From Octopus sinensis (Eukaryota): a stretch of DNA of 64,000 nucleotides. Shown in pieces: positions 1-13,255 of this stretch. Under the pieces are notes generated by a model. It saw only the letters and a list, made by a program, of their open reading frames with translations. It was not told the DNA's origin and did no database searches. The first letter of the stretch is position 1. Each line of letters begins with the position of its first letter. The stretch covers positions 96,720,001 to 96,784,000 of the forward strand of contig NC_043002.1 in assembly GCF_006345805.1 (NCBI RefSeq), in the 5' to 3' direction. The position numbers were made by a program, and so were the translations under genes.

Positions 1-419
1 GGCAAAAATATGGATACTTTATCTTGTTCCTGCTGTTCTATCAGCATTATTCTGCGTAAATTATTCCTTATCTGTATCTTATATATGCATTTATAGGAAT
101 GTGTGGGTGTACGTATGTCATTTTTCAATTTCATTTCAAGATATTTTGCCAGTAGGGAAAGAGCCAGTTTCTCACCTAGTTCCGGCCTCCTCCATTGGAA
201 TTTGAACAATATCAACCGGGTATTTTTGTTTGTATGTATGTATGAATGTATGTATGTATATGTGTAGATTTGTATGTTTTGCTTTATGCATGTATTCTCA
301 TGCATATACTTGTATATATAGAGATGTTCATATATATATAAATAAGACACATCTGGAAAGTTTTACTAATTTTTACAGTTCTAGTTATGGATTGGATCTG
401 TATTATTTGAAGCAGCATT

Positions 420-571
420 CTCCTTTCTGTATGTATGTATGTATGTATGTATTAATATATATATATATGTATGTATGTATGTATGTATTAATATATATAT
501 ATATGTATGTATGTATGTATGTATTAATATATATATATATGTATGTATGTATGTAAAAAAGACAGATAGAC

Positions 572-602
<31 letters not shown>

Positions 603-603
603 C

Positions 604-678
<75 letters not shown>

Positions 679-680
679 CA
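420..680. repeat. Compound (ATGT)n/(AT)n/(AGAT)n microsatellite
   Basis: Directly visible tandem repeats. They explain the MYVC/IYLS low-complexity ORFs. Confidence 0.97.
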
Positions 681-782
681 TTTATTAGGTATTGTAACCT
701 CGTAACCTATCAAAGAATATTGCCAGAAAATTGAACATGATTATTTCTATGATCGTGTTCAACAAATGTACGAAATAGCAAT

Positions 783-985
783 AATAATCTTTTCTACTTT
801 AGGTCGAAAGACTCAAATTATCGGGAAGGGGATTAGTTGATTACATCGACACCGGTATTTCACTGTTACTTAACTTATCGACCCCGAAAGGATTTAAGTC
901 GAAGTCGATCTCGCTGGAATTTAAACTCATATCGTAACGACGGGCGAAATACCGCTAAGCATTTCGCCCAGCATCCTAACAATTC
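783..985 (-). mobile_element. tRNA-derived SINE, family 1 (GGCGGCGAGCTGGCAGAA head), degenerate
   Basis: Reverse complement matches the copies at 8409, 14665 and 42093. Confidence 0.75.
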
Positions 986-1016
986 TTCTTCTTCTTCTTC
1001 TTCTTCTTCTTTTTCT

Positions 1017-1066
<50 letters not shown>

Positions 1067-1195
1067 TTCTTATTATTATTATTATTATTATTATTATTCT
1101 TTCTTCTTCTTCTTCTTCTTCTTCTTCTTCTTCTTCTTCTTCTCCTTCTTCTCTTTCTTCTTCGCTCTTTCTTCTTCTTCTTCTTCTTCTTATTC

Positions 1196-1227
<32 letters not shown>

Positions 1228-1245
1228 TCCTCTTCTTTTTCTTCT

Positions 1246-1276
<31 letters not shown>

Positions 1277-1329
1277 TTTTTCTTCTTCTTCTTCTTCTTC
1301 TTCTCATTATTATTATTATTATTATTATT
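985..1329. repeat. Alternating (TCT)n/(TTA)n trinucleotide microsatellite
   Basis: Directly visible. Confidence 0.97.
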
Positions 1330-1921
1330 GAGTGAGAGAGCAGTTCATACCATCAAAGTGACACTGGGGTAAAATATACGAAGCCCAATATACCCATCAT
1401 GACTAACCGTCTGATAAGAGTACACCAGGCACATGCATCACAACCATATGTGCGCGACATGGTGATCACATATCAAGATAAACAGCACATGACCTTGCAG
1501 GTGGGGTCCAGTTAGAATTTTCGTCAGGTTGAGTAGTCCATCCCGGTCAAAAGGTCCCTGAATAAGGGTTGTTTAAGGATGTTGAAAGAACAACCGTGTT
1601 TTAAGGTGAATTATTCAACCTCGAAGAATCCCTTCAACACAGCTATGATGCTCCCCCACTACTTCTACTCGTGATCAGAGATGCACATATCGTCAGCCAC
1701 TAAGGGACATGCTCAACTGGTTAAAGGTCAAACAACTGACAAGCAAATCTGTGGTGTTTGAGCAGAATATTTGCCGTAGCCCATCTTTTATACCAAGACA
1801 AAACAATGTACATGATAACACTTCCAATCAGTTAAGATCAGAAGCCATGAGAGCCACTGCCTGGTACTGCATCAGGGCATTAGGTACTGCATCAGGGCAT
1901 TTAGGTACTGCATCAGGGCAA
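1330..1921 (-). mobile_element. ~590-bp non-autonomous interspersed element embedded in a (TTA)n tract
   Basis: Non-repetitive block flanked on both sides by TTA repeats. It has a triplicated GGTACTGCATCAGGGCA at 1863-1920. Confidence 0.55.
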
Positions 1922-1924
1922 TTA

Positions 1925-1975
<51 letters not shown>

Positions 1976-2029
1976 TATTATTATTATTATTATTTTATCA
2001 TCATCATCATCATCATCATTAATATAATG

Positions 2030-2215
2030 AGCTCCTGTCACGCTCGGAGTGATCCATCCAGAAGACAGTATTGTTGGGTAAAGCTCGCATTCTAAGGAGA
2101 GTATCGTCTCTTTGAGTCACAGGAGAAAGCATTACTTGCAACTTTTGGTGTTTTGTTATTGACTGCTTTTAATCAAAGAAGAACCGGAAATTAAGAACTA
2201 TCTGAGAGTCTTTCA
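2030..2215 (+). mobile_element. Extreme 3' end of an R4/Dong-like RLE LINE
   Basis: Encodes SIQKTVLLGKARILRRVSSL*, the conserved C-terminus seen in the larger copies. A 3' UTR and then (TAA)n follow. Confidence 0.75.
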
Positions 2216-2228
2216 TAATAATGATAAT

Positions 2229-2268
<40 letters not shown>

Positions 2269-2361
2269 GTAGTAGTAGAAGTAAAGTAATAATGATGATA
2301 TAATAATAATGATGATAATAATAATAATAGTAATAATAATAATAATAGTAATAATAATAAT

Positions 2362-2404
<43 letters not shown>

Positions 2405-2479
2405 GTAGTAGTAGTAATAGTAATAATGATGATAATAATAATAATGATGATAATAATAATAATAGTAATAATAATAATA

Positions 2480-2523
<44 letters not shown>

Positions 2524-2548
2524 TAATAATAATAATATAATAATAATG

Positions 2549-2609
<61 letters not shown>

Positions 2610-2615
2610 TAATAA
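2214..2615. repeat. Long imperfect (TAA)n microsatellite
   Basis: Directly visible. Confidence 0.97.
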
Positions 2616-2896
2616 TGGTTCGATAGATAGATAGATATTCAGACATATATTCCCATAGAGAAACAGAGAAAATATAATTAGTTTAGATATAGCCTTATAT
2701 CTTCTGTTCTTTACCAATGAAATCAAGTCAAAACACTGTCAGATAATATTTTATTAGAAACTTTTCCCATTTTATACATTATAAGCAAACATTGACAAGC
2801 AAACTAAGTTGTTAGAATCATATTTAATTTATAATGCAAAGCAATCAAATTTCATACAAACTCTATAACAAAAGATATTTATAAAAGTTCACTTAC

Positions 2897-2963
2897 GTAT
2901 AGCAAAAGGAGAAAGCTGCGAAAAAACTTGAAAGAATGACTGCAAAAACGATGCGTATTTATA
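2897..2963 (-). promoter_or_regulatory. Paralog C: TATA box, Inr and non-coding exon 1
   Basis: Minus strand reads TATAAATA (2963-2956), TCATTC Inr (A at 2937), a 41-nt exon, then a GTAAGT donor at 2896. Homologous to 11239-11314 and 17052-17128, including several hundred bp of flank. Confidence 0.7.
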
Positions 2964-3341
2964 GTTAATGTAACACCTCCGATACAAGCAAACAGCTGGT
3001 AACAATATATTTCAGTCTTTATTGTCCCAAAATTGAATTGGGAAATAATGACTAGCAATAAAACAGTAGGTGGTAACTAAAATCTTTTTTATGTCTCGTA
3101 GAGAAGTAGAGACACTGATTTCTACTTTTGCACCTGAACTAAATAACTAGGAATATTCGCATTACACGTTAGTAACATTGATTCTCTTTGTACTAAACAT
3201 TTTCTTCTGTCATATTTCGCTTTATCTGTTGCTGTTAATCTTTTATAAATCAGCAAAATTACGCAAGTTATTGTTTTCCTCTGGGAACAAGTTTGCACTG
3301 ATCCAAACTACACAGTGAATAATATCCAGATAGACAGATAT

Positions 3342-3399
<58 letters not shown>

Positions 3400-3412
3400 T
3401 AGATAGATATAT

Positions 3413-3450
<38 letters not shown>

Positions 3451-3454
3451 AGAT

Positions 3455-3499
<45 letters not shown>

Positions 3500-3600
3500 G
3501 TATACACATATACAGCTACATAAGATTTTTGACGACACATGTTTCAAGAATCTTAATTTTCTTGCTCATTCAGTTTTTAAAACCTTACATTTCAAGTTAC

Positions 3601-4029
3601 GCATCTTTTCGGTTTGAACAGCAGTTTTTAACATAATTTCTAGGTAACTAAAAAAATTTAAACTTCGTATACTGGTAGAATGTGTTTATAAAACATCTTT
3701 TTCTCTTGGCTTTATTGAGAAAATTCTATAGTTTGTAAGGTATTTGTTGTTTTGTTTCTTCAATTTCTGCAATTTCAACCAATCAGTGACGTCTATTGAG
3801 TTAAAAAGTATTCTGTGCCGTATGAATATGTCCCTCGTTTAAGAAACAGATTGGGTTTATTTACATTTGTGAAGAAAAAAAGATATTATCCCCCCCCTAA
3901 ACCTAACCCTAACTAACCCTAACCCTAAAAGAGATTGAAATGCAATAGATCGATTCTAGGGTCATATTTATGGGTGACAATTTCATATGACACTGCTAGA
4001 AAAAACTGCCGTTCAAACCGAAAAGATCC
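3601..4029. mobile_element. MITE with ~28-bp TIRs and 8-bp TSD (hAT-like), containing CCCTAA repeats
   Basis: TIR (G)ATCTTTTCGGTTTGAACRGCAGTTTT at both ends. TSD CAAGTTAC at 3593-3600 and 4030-4037. Confidence 0.85.
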
Positions 4030-4869
4030 CAAGTTACTAATGTCAGATACAACGATGTCTCAGCAATTGAAAAGGCACGCTGAAATTGTTGCCTTAAAAG
4101 TGCAGAAGAGTTATACGGAATAACTCGCATGCGGAAAGTTTCCCTTTATTTATTGTACAAAATCACAGGAATAATCAATAAAACCCTCAGAAGTCACATT
4201 ATTCAGACCTTTTGTATCAACACCATACTTCAATTTTCCAAATTTGCGATCATTTTACAATTCTCCTTTTCTTCTGTAGCATCGACACTACACTTCTCAG
4301 GGAGTTCATATCTTCCGATATTTTCCTTTTCTACCAAGATTGTGAGAAATTGAGATTTAATCACAAGAAAATGCTGCTGAGTCGATGAACATCAGACGAT
4401 AATGACAAGGTTTGGATGTTTGAATCGCAGAAGAGAGGGAATTTATGTGTGAATGCTTACCAATGGAGACTGAATTAACCCTCTTCCTTTGCTCCTATTT
4501 TAATTGCATTTCTTTGGCTGTCTCTCACTCTCTCTGTCTCCCTCTCTTTTTTCGCCATCCTTGATAACTCTCTCCTTTAGCACAGAATGGTAAATTTTAG
4601 TATGAAAATTCACTTCTATCTTCCTCATGCAAATGAGCCTTCCAAGTGTGATGTTATGTCGCGCTCACAAGTCCAAGATAAGCTTCGTTTCATCTCAGTG
4701 TTACTACCTTCTTCATGCCTTCGGAAAACATACCCACTCATAGTCGCTTTTTCGTATGCTGAGCGTTTCCCAACCAAGTCTTCTTTGTGGTATGCTAGTC
4801 TTGTATGGGAGATCATGAGCTTGTATGGGAGGTCATGAGGAAGTGAGAGCTTCTTGAGCTCAATTCCGA

Positions 4870-5345
4870 CACGTAGAATATTGTTTTCACTTTCAGCACT
4901 AATTTGATTTATTTAGTTTGCTGCTGTTGTTTAGCAAGTGCTGAGCAGAGAGAGGCTATGTAACATTCGAAGGCTATGCACACTGATACCTCCTTTATCT
5001 CTTCTTAGGTAGAGCCTGTCAATATAATTATTTTTGTGGAAGTTTCCACTCGATGGTAGAATCTTGTGAATTTTAATGTCTCTAGTGTGATTCTCTTGTA
5101 TATATCTGTCAAATACCCCAAATGTTGGAATCAGCACCAGTATTGTAAATGCATTGTGGGATATTGTTGTTAGAGGAGAGTTCCGACTGGCATATGTTTC
5201 TACATCCGGAATAATATTCTTGAGTCAGTCTATATTTATTTGCAATACCTGGGTATGATATATTTTCATGAATGCCTAGGTACTTATAACGTTCTTTGTT
5301 TTGAACAGGAGAGATAGTGAGATCACTCATGCACAGATGTTGCTT
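4870..5345 (-). mobile_element. Degenerate R4/Dong-like LINE RT fragment
   Basis: Translated motifs YKYLGIHE and IDRLYLRRDKGG. Confidence 0.75.
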
Positions 5346-5799
5346 CTGCAGGACTGACTGTTTGGGTAAACTGTTATCTCATATACGAGTTAACCCATAG
5401 CTGGAACCCTAACAGATGCTACGTTTCGGGTTCGGAAAAGACCTAGGAACTATAGTGACACAGATGTGGAATTCAAACTCAGCAGCTAAACGAAAAACGC
5501 TCAGACGGGATACGGGATACTAATACCACCAGAAGACTGAAGAACTGAATCAGTACATTCTTGCAAGAAAGCAAAACTGACTAGGATTGAAAAACGGATT
5601 AAATAATACCGCAAATCCGATTGTTTAGAATCGATCAAAACATATTTTGTCGAAACATTAATGATGATTTAGTTGTTCGTGATACAAATGAAAGTCGAAG
5701 GTTTGGGGGTAAGATATGAAGTAAGAAAGAACAACACAATATTGGAGCTAAATGGCTTTGCAGCCTGAAGCAAACAGAAAGAAGCTATAGACTTTACCG

Positions 5800-7170
5800 A
5801 GGACAATATCACAAATATGAGCAAAAAGATGAACAATTAGAAAGCAGTAGAACCTGATGTTTACAATTGTTTTAAAAGAAAAAGTGCAGTAGGTGCCATA
5901 AATGGATTGCTGAACAATTCAGTGCCGCGATTGATGGATAAGAAATTCCATGGTGGTTGACCAATAAACGAACAGTGTTATGCTTGAAGAATGCCCCGAA
6001 AAGAACTGCCTGCCGACAATTACAGGACAATTCCTTGTCTTCCATTGATGTAGAAGTTACTGTCTGGAGGGTTCGCTGAGGAATTGTATAAATTTCTAGA
6101 TGATAACGACATTGTACCAATGGACCAAAAAGGTTGTAGGAAATGCAGACGCACCGAAGACCAATTATTGACAGATGAAATACTAATACAAGTTTGTAAG
6201 TGAAATATAACTTACAATATGATTTCATAGTCATGGATCATTGAGTGCTTAGAATTGCAAAGAAAGTAACACGCTTTTGGAAGACAAGTTTGGTGGGTTG
6301 GAAAATTGAGTTGACATCGAAGAGGTAAAGTTTGGACACACTGGGCATCACAAGAGAGAATTTTCAAGACGATAGCTGATCTCCGTTACTTTTTGCATCT
6401 TGCATGATCCCCCCGACTTTGGTGGTGAAGAAAATGTACCTTGGATATCAGTTAAAGGGAAAAACATAGAGAACCAATCATCTCCTTTTCATTGGTGATT
6501 TGAAGCTGTATTTCAAGGATGGGGTACAAGCGAGTTCTTTAGTGAGACGGTTCACTGTTTTAGTGTTGATGTTACGATGGAATTCGGAATCACGAAGTGT
6601 GATAAGACAAGTCTGAAAAGAAAGAAGTTAGAGTCCTTAGCAGGGATAGGTTTACCAAACAGAGAACTGATGAAACAAATTGAAAGGAACTCTCTGAGTA
6701 ACTTGGCATACTAGATTTCGATGAAATCATGGAGAAGGAAATGGGACAACAGCCGCGTAAAGACTGTTTCCGAAGGGTGAGATTGGCATTGAGCTAAAAA
6801 CGGACTGGTTGAATAAAATCCAAGCAGTAAAGACATTGGTGATGGCATCACCTCGGTATGGAGCTGGAATGACAAACTGGCACAAGAAAGAACTGCTGAG
6901 TATGAATACGAAGACATGGAAAGTATTTCAGTGCACGGACATTCTAGCCCAAACAATGTTGCACTTGTGCTGAAGAAAGGGTGGCAGAGGTTTGATCATT
7001 TGTGAGGATAGTGTTAATGCAGAAGTAAACACTGGAGGAAAAATAGCTGATATGTAAAAGAAATAACGCATAACTGCTTCTGATAAACGTGAAGAAATTC
7101 TGCATCATCAAAATTGTGTTAAGGGAAATTTAAAGAGCGACAAAATACAAAAGAGTTGGAAGGAGATAAA
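5800..7170 (+). mobile_element. Highly degenerate R4/Dong-like LINE RT fragment
   Basis: Residual NYRTIPCL, QKGCRK and IFQ(G)DS-like motifs with many frameshifts. Confidence 0.6.
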
Positions 7171-8408
7171 AGGTACGGTTTGCTTGCATGAGATTCAAGC
7201 TCCAAGACAAATACAGTAGCTTTTTCGTTATTTCTTAGTGAACAAAGTACAATAGAGTAACTGTAATGAAGTTTGACTCTTCCGTATTTGTGGTGTGATT
7301 TTCTGAGTTCATTTAATTATTGATTTCCACCATTTTTGTTATATGTAATAGTACATTTCCAGAAATAGCAGTCAGAACATTTCCCAGCTTCGTTAACAAA
7401 CACTACTTCAGTTTGTGTTTTATTTGAAGAACTGAATTGTGTGTTGTATCTATGTAACAGGTTGAGATTGCCAAGGTTATTTTAAATTTGTAAGTTGTCC
7501 CTTTACTAGTTATATAAAAATATCAATGGGATTTTAAAGTGATCAGGCTCTGCATTGAAGGGTTGTTTTTATAGGGCTAGAGCTGAATGGTTGAAACCGA
7601 AACAATATGTCTCTATATTAAAAGGAATCTGTTCATTTTATGAACATTAGTTCTATTTCATATTGAATTTTGTGTAAAAAATATACGTTAAAAGGTTTTT
7701 TGTTAACATGCCACAAACATATTCAAATAGTTGAACTAAAAAAAGAAAATTGGCACCATATATCTAGGCCAAATCTTTTATTACATCAATATTCTTGGAA
7801 TTAATTCCGGTCTTTACACTACATTACCTCCACCTAATAGAGGCACCACTATTTATACTCCTCTCTGAGGAGACACAATTATGATATCCAGTATATCGTG
7901 CCCATGTCCCTCCTTCAAGATAGAAGCTATATTCCTTTCTCTTTCCTAATTATGGTATCTGAACTATGCAATCCGATTTACTCATCATACATCCAGTATT
8001 AGATATTTTTTCCAATTTACTTGTTCGCCTTTGGCGCACTATACTTTTTTCTAGTTGATCTGATTCTGTCATGTTTGTTTGGCTGGAATTTTTCATTCAC
8101 TGTCAGTTGTTAAGTGCCTGTTTACTACACGCATTTTAGATTCTATAGATGTCTTTGGGTCATCATTCATTTCATTATGGGGATTGACTTCAGTGATATT
8201 CCAGGGACTGGAAAGTATATGCAGAAACCATCATTGGACTCTAAAATGCTTAGAAACATTTGAATGTTGCAAATGAGCATTTGTTAAGATATAATCAGGA
8301 GAACGTCTTTGAAATTGTTAGTGAAAGTGCTATATTCATAGACAAGGACATCCTCAAAACGGGATGCAGATGCAATAAATTTACTATAACATAAATGAGA
8401 ACAGATAA

Positions 8409-8639
8409 GGCGGCGAGCTGGCAGAAACGTTAGCTCGCCGGGCGAAATGCTTTGTGGTATTTCGTCCGCCGCTACGTTCTGAGTTCAAATTCCGCCGAGG
8501 TCAACTTTGTTTTTCATCCTTTCGGGGTCGATTAAATAAGTACCAGTTACGCACTGGGGTCGCTATAATCGACCTAATCCGTTTGTCTGTCCTTGTTTGT
8601 TCTCTCTGTGTTTAGCCCCTTGTGGGTAGTAAAGAAATA
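8409..8639 (+). mobile_element. tRNA-derived SINE, family 1
   Basis: A-box-like and B-box (GAGTTCAAATTCC) head. Multiple similar copies in the window. Confidence 0.85.
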
Positions 8640-9201
8640 ATAAATGAGAACAGATGCATAGCATGAGTATATCAAATACATTATGTAACAGTAGGAAAAT
8701 AAATATGGAAATAGCCATAAAGAAGCAATAAATTACATTAAAATAGAGCATTTGGATGCATAATATTGCATTGTAATGCAATAAGGTTTCACTGTCATAA
8801 CCTTAATAGATAGTTTATATTTTCCATTGTGATTTTCAAAACACTTAGTCTTTGTATTATATTATCTGCTTTGAATTACTGCGTTTCACAATGTGGTGTA
8901 GCTATTACTAAAACGTTAAATTTTAACTTGCGATGTTTTTAATTTCGATTTCCCTTATATCTTTCTGGCATCCCATAAAGATTATTGAGTAAATCCTGTC
9001 ATTTATCTTGGTATTTGGGTTGCCTTTTAATGAAATAATTTCTTCCAATGTTCTGCTGCTTTTACTTTTTTCTCATAGATGCCTATTTAATAGTATCTTG
9101 GCTTGAATTAACTTGATCCAACTTCAATTGTTTTGTCATGAGGACATATTTCCTTCATTGGTTCTGTTACACTTTCTGTACAGCTGAATTTGTGTATTCG
9201 T

Positions 9202-9274
<73 letters not shown>

Positions 9275-9345
9275 CCGGAGTAAACACATAAATGTGAAAC
9301 AAGGTGGAAAAAAGAGTACTCAAATACCAGTGGTAGAGTAATATG

Positions 9346-9503
9346 CTTTATTTTAAGCAGCAGAAAATTCAACAAAATCTGTTACTCTGAGTTTCTCGTT
9401 GCCGTTCATCAGACAGTTTTTGCTAGCAAAAACTGTCTGATGAACGGCAACGAGAAACTCAGAGTAACAGATTTTGTTGAATTTTCTGCTGCTTAAAATA
9501 AAG
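9346..9503. repeat. Perfect 158-bp palindrome (79-bp arms, no spacer)
   Basis: Symmetric around TTTTTGCT|AGCAAAAA (9424/9425). Confidence 0.95.
9433..9470 (+). ncRNA. Type I hammerhead ribozyme motif (mirror copy on minus strand at 9379-9416)
   Basis: Stem I CTGT/ACAG, CTGATGA core, stem II CG-GCAA-CG (A.A mismatch at 10.1/11.1), GAAA, stem III ACT/AGT, GTA cleavage triplet. Confidence 0.6.
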
Positions 9504-10229
9504 TATATATATATATATATTTCTCCATACATCGGCGAATATTTGATGCACTCTTGTGTAAGGTGAAGGCCTATTTTAAAAGTATAGAGTGATCGGGATA
9601 TATTTAACTTTATTTCGGCTACTTTTCATCTCTTTTTTTCTTTTTTGAGGAATAGCTGGATGTTTTCATGAACTTTGAACGGTGTTGGAGGGCATAGATA
9701 TTGAGGACTCAAAGCCATCTGCATATTGGAAAAGATTTACCAGTAACATTAAAATTCGCACGTTGGATCAAAGAGCTGATATTATGATTGCCGCTCAATG
9801 CTCTGTGAACACTGCAAACATTATAAGACGTGACATGAACAGATGCCACGAAGACTACGAAGCTGTGGCCGGGAGGAAAGGAGACAAAATGTGTTCTGGC
9901 TGTATTGAACAGGGCTTCGAACTCAATTCAGACGGCTATGTGAAGTTGCTGGAGATGTGGTGAACTTTGGACCCCAGCCATCCAAGAACTGTCGAATGAT
10001 CTTCGCCGTTCCTAACAAGCATGTATTCTATGCGGTTCTTTAAGCCAATCTTTTCAGTCCACTCCCTTATATTCTACATTTTATTACTATCATCATTATT
10101 ATATCGCGATTATTCTCAGATTTATCTTGCTGTGTATGACGCTACAGGAACTTTGCTGAGTACTTTTGAAGTTACAAGTAAGGTTTTCTATCAGCACATT
10201 CGTTCACATCTATTTAAGCCATGTTCGTA

Positions 10230-10700
10230 GGTGAGGTATTGATATTTCCCAGGACACCACTCACTGTTGGTATTACGCCTACTTTCTTTATTAGCCATAT
10301 GTATATTTCCCACTTCAATTCATCATAGCTTTCTACTATTCGACTACTTAGTCCTCTTCAATCTTGGTGTCACCAGGACATGCTATGTCAATTACCAGGC
10401 AAGTCTTTCCCTCTTCTGATCACCACAACAATGTCAGGTTTTCGCTGTTTAATTTGATGCTCACATTGAATTAATGTATCCCACAAAAGTTTGCCGTCAT
10501 CTTTCTCAGTAACTCCTTGTGGGATTTGGTTATACGACGTCTTTGATCTTTCTTACCCATAAACTTCACAACGCTCTCAATGGATCGTTCTAACTACATT
10601 TTCATGTCACCTTTTGTATTCCCGTTGTGCCAGTTTTGGGTACTCACTAACAATGTGTCATGTTGTTTAACCCCTCTCAAAACATAAGCTGCATTTGTAG
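10230..10700 (-). mobile_element. R4/Dong-like LINE RLE-domain fragment
   Basis: Minus strand encodes RKPDIVV...CLVIDIACPGDT. Homologous to 15497-15990. Confidence 0.7.
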
Positions 10701-11238
10701 CTTTTGGTTAGTTTATCAAAACCGGTATCAGAAGGCGACTACAGAGAATCGAATCCCGTATCTTCAGGTGCCTGTTAAGCTCTCTATACCACAGAGAAAG
10801 CAGTTATAAGCAAATCCACGAGAACGAATTGGCGTCGATAGCCATATGCGTGCAATTCACTGTGGCATATTTCATTTCAAGTTTTAAAATGAATATAAAT
10901 GTTCTTTGGCTCTGAAATAGAGAAAGGGAAACCAAACAATAACTTACGGCTTTCAGTTATTTATAAGAACAGGAAAAGATAAAGCAATATGTGACAAAAA
11001 GACTTGTTTAATACAAATAGGGTTCGAATGTGATTAGTGCATGATACGACTTTTTCTACAAGCGATTATTTATTTAGTTCAAGTGAAGAAGTATAAATTA
11101 GTCTCCCTAAATATATATATGAGTCATTAAAAAATATTTAGTAGTCAGCTAGTATTTTATGGCATGTTATTATTACCCCATTCGATTATGGCGTAATAAA
11201 AACTGATTAATTGACACCAGCTGTTTATTAGTATTAGA

Positions 11239-11308
11239 TATAAGTATTCATAAGTTTTCGCATTCGTCATTCTTTCAATTTTCTTCGCCGCTTCTCCTTT
11301 AGGTAAAC
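11239..11308 (+). promoter_or_regulatory. Paralog A: TATA-like box, Inr and non-coding exon 1
   Basis: TATAAGTA at 11239, TCATTC Inr with its A 30 nt downstream (11269), GTAAGT donor at 11309. Confidence 0.7.
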
Positions 11309-11561
11309 GTAAGTGGACATCTATCAATATCTTATTTTCAGAAGAAATTTGTTTGATTCCATGACTGTTTTGAATTATAGCTCATAATTTTTTCATCAAT
11401 GTATTCTTTTAATACATAAAATGAGAAACGCGTCTAATATAAAGTTTTCAAGCAGTATCCTGATTTGGTTTTATCAATTAAGAAAAGAAAATATGAGGTC
11501 TGAGTCTAAACTAATTGTATTTTCTCTGATTCTCTATCTGAATATACGTTTTGTGCGTTTG

Positions 11562-11642
<81 letters not shown>

Positions 11643-11654
11643 CTATATATATAC

Positions 11655-12053
11655 ATATTTTTTTTACTTGTTTCAGTCATTTGACTGCGGCCATGCTGGA
11701 GCACCGCCTTTAGTCGAACAAATCGACCCCAGGACTTATTCGTTGTAAGCCTAGTACTTATTCTATCGGTCTGTTCTGCCGAACCGCTAAGTTACGGAGA
11801 CACGAACACACCAGCATCAGCCGTCGAGCGATGCTGGGGGGACAAACACAGACGCACCAAACACCACACACAAACACACACACACACACACATCACATAT
11901 ACATATATATATATATACGACATCTTTCAGTTTCCGTCTACAAATCCACTCACGAGCTATAGAAGACACTTGGATCAAGGTGCCACGCAGTGGGACTGAA
12001 CCCGGAACCATATCGTTGTAAGCAGCTACTTACCACACAGCCACTCCTGCGCT
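11655..12053 (-). mobile_element. tRNA-headed SINE, family 2 (AGGCGCAGGAGTGGCTGTGTGGTAAG head, internal microsatellite)
   Basis: Matches the copies at 31172-31579 and 62446-62850. Confidence 0.85.
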
Positions 12054-12054
12054 C

Positions 12055-12101
<47 letters not shown>

Positions 12102-13171
12102 ATAATATTATATTTATCATCTAGCTTCCTGGATACTGTATTTACTTGAAACATGCAGCTGGTAGTTACTTAAGCGTTAATAACGTGCGTATTAATAACA
12201 ATTCTGACACTAAAATATGCGCTTGTGGTACTGATGGTGGAGCTAATTCAATATGTGAACTTAGGAAATGGTAATATCCTTACTGAATTGTCGACTTTGC
12301 TTTTGATACTATCGGGATCGATAAAATAAGAAACAGATGAGCACGGGAGTCGATATTATCGAGTTACCCGCTACCCCCAAATCGCTGGCCTCGTGCCAAA
12401 ATTTGAAACCAATGTGAATAGTATTGGTAAGTGTAATAATTGGAATGGAATGAATATTAATATTGAACATTATGATAGGTGAATTATTATAATACTAAAT
12501 ACGAGCTGGATAGTCAAGCGTCGAGGTTATCCCGGAATTCATAAGCTTACTAGATAGCGCAAAGGTTCACCTGATAGTTGCTGGCAGAAAGCCAAGATGT
12601 TACTTTTGCTGGGATACAAATCACATCAGAGCTTTCTGCCCACAAAAAAGAAAGAAATGAGCCCCTCATTTTTGCCGACACCAGTGCCAACAGAAAAACA
12701 ATAACAGCAAATGTAGGTGCCTACCGCAGCTGCAAAAAACAAGAGTAACAATAACAGCAACAAAAACAAAGAGCAACGGTGGAAGCAACTGTAGTAGCGG
12801 CAACAACATAGACAACTGTGGAAGAAACGTATGACACACGACTAAGACATCACCAACATCGACAGTGGCAAAAAGAGCAGCTTTAAAACTCCCCCAAAAC
12901 AACAACTTTATGAACAGAAAACGACAAAAAGATCCGCGCAAGATCTTCTCCTCGCTTGTTAGGAGCTATCAGACATGTTCTGCAGTGAGGGAAAGCAAGA
13001 AGACCCTAATTGAGAAAATATTCCTAGATCAAACAAGAGAAAAAATGACTAAAGTGGGACCCAAAAAACTGGCAAGTATGTGAGAGTGTGCATACGTTCG
13101 AATATACGTATATACATACATACATACATACATACATACATACATAAATACATACATACATACATACATAT

Positions 13172-13255
<84 letters not shown>

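Noticed and set aside
230-2726. Long ORFs rich in MYVC, IYLS, poly-S/Y/F/I/L/E (and the many similar ORFs across the window)
   Set aside because: They are translations of stop-free microsatellites, with no splice or domain evidence.
3896-3927. Possible telomere or chromosome-fusion scar
   Set aside because: Only a few CCCTAA units, and they lie inside a TIR/TSD-bounded MITE.
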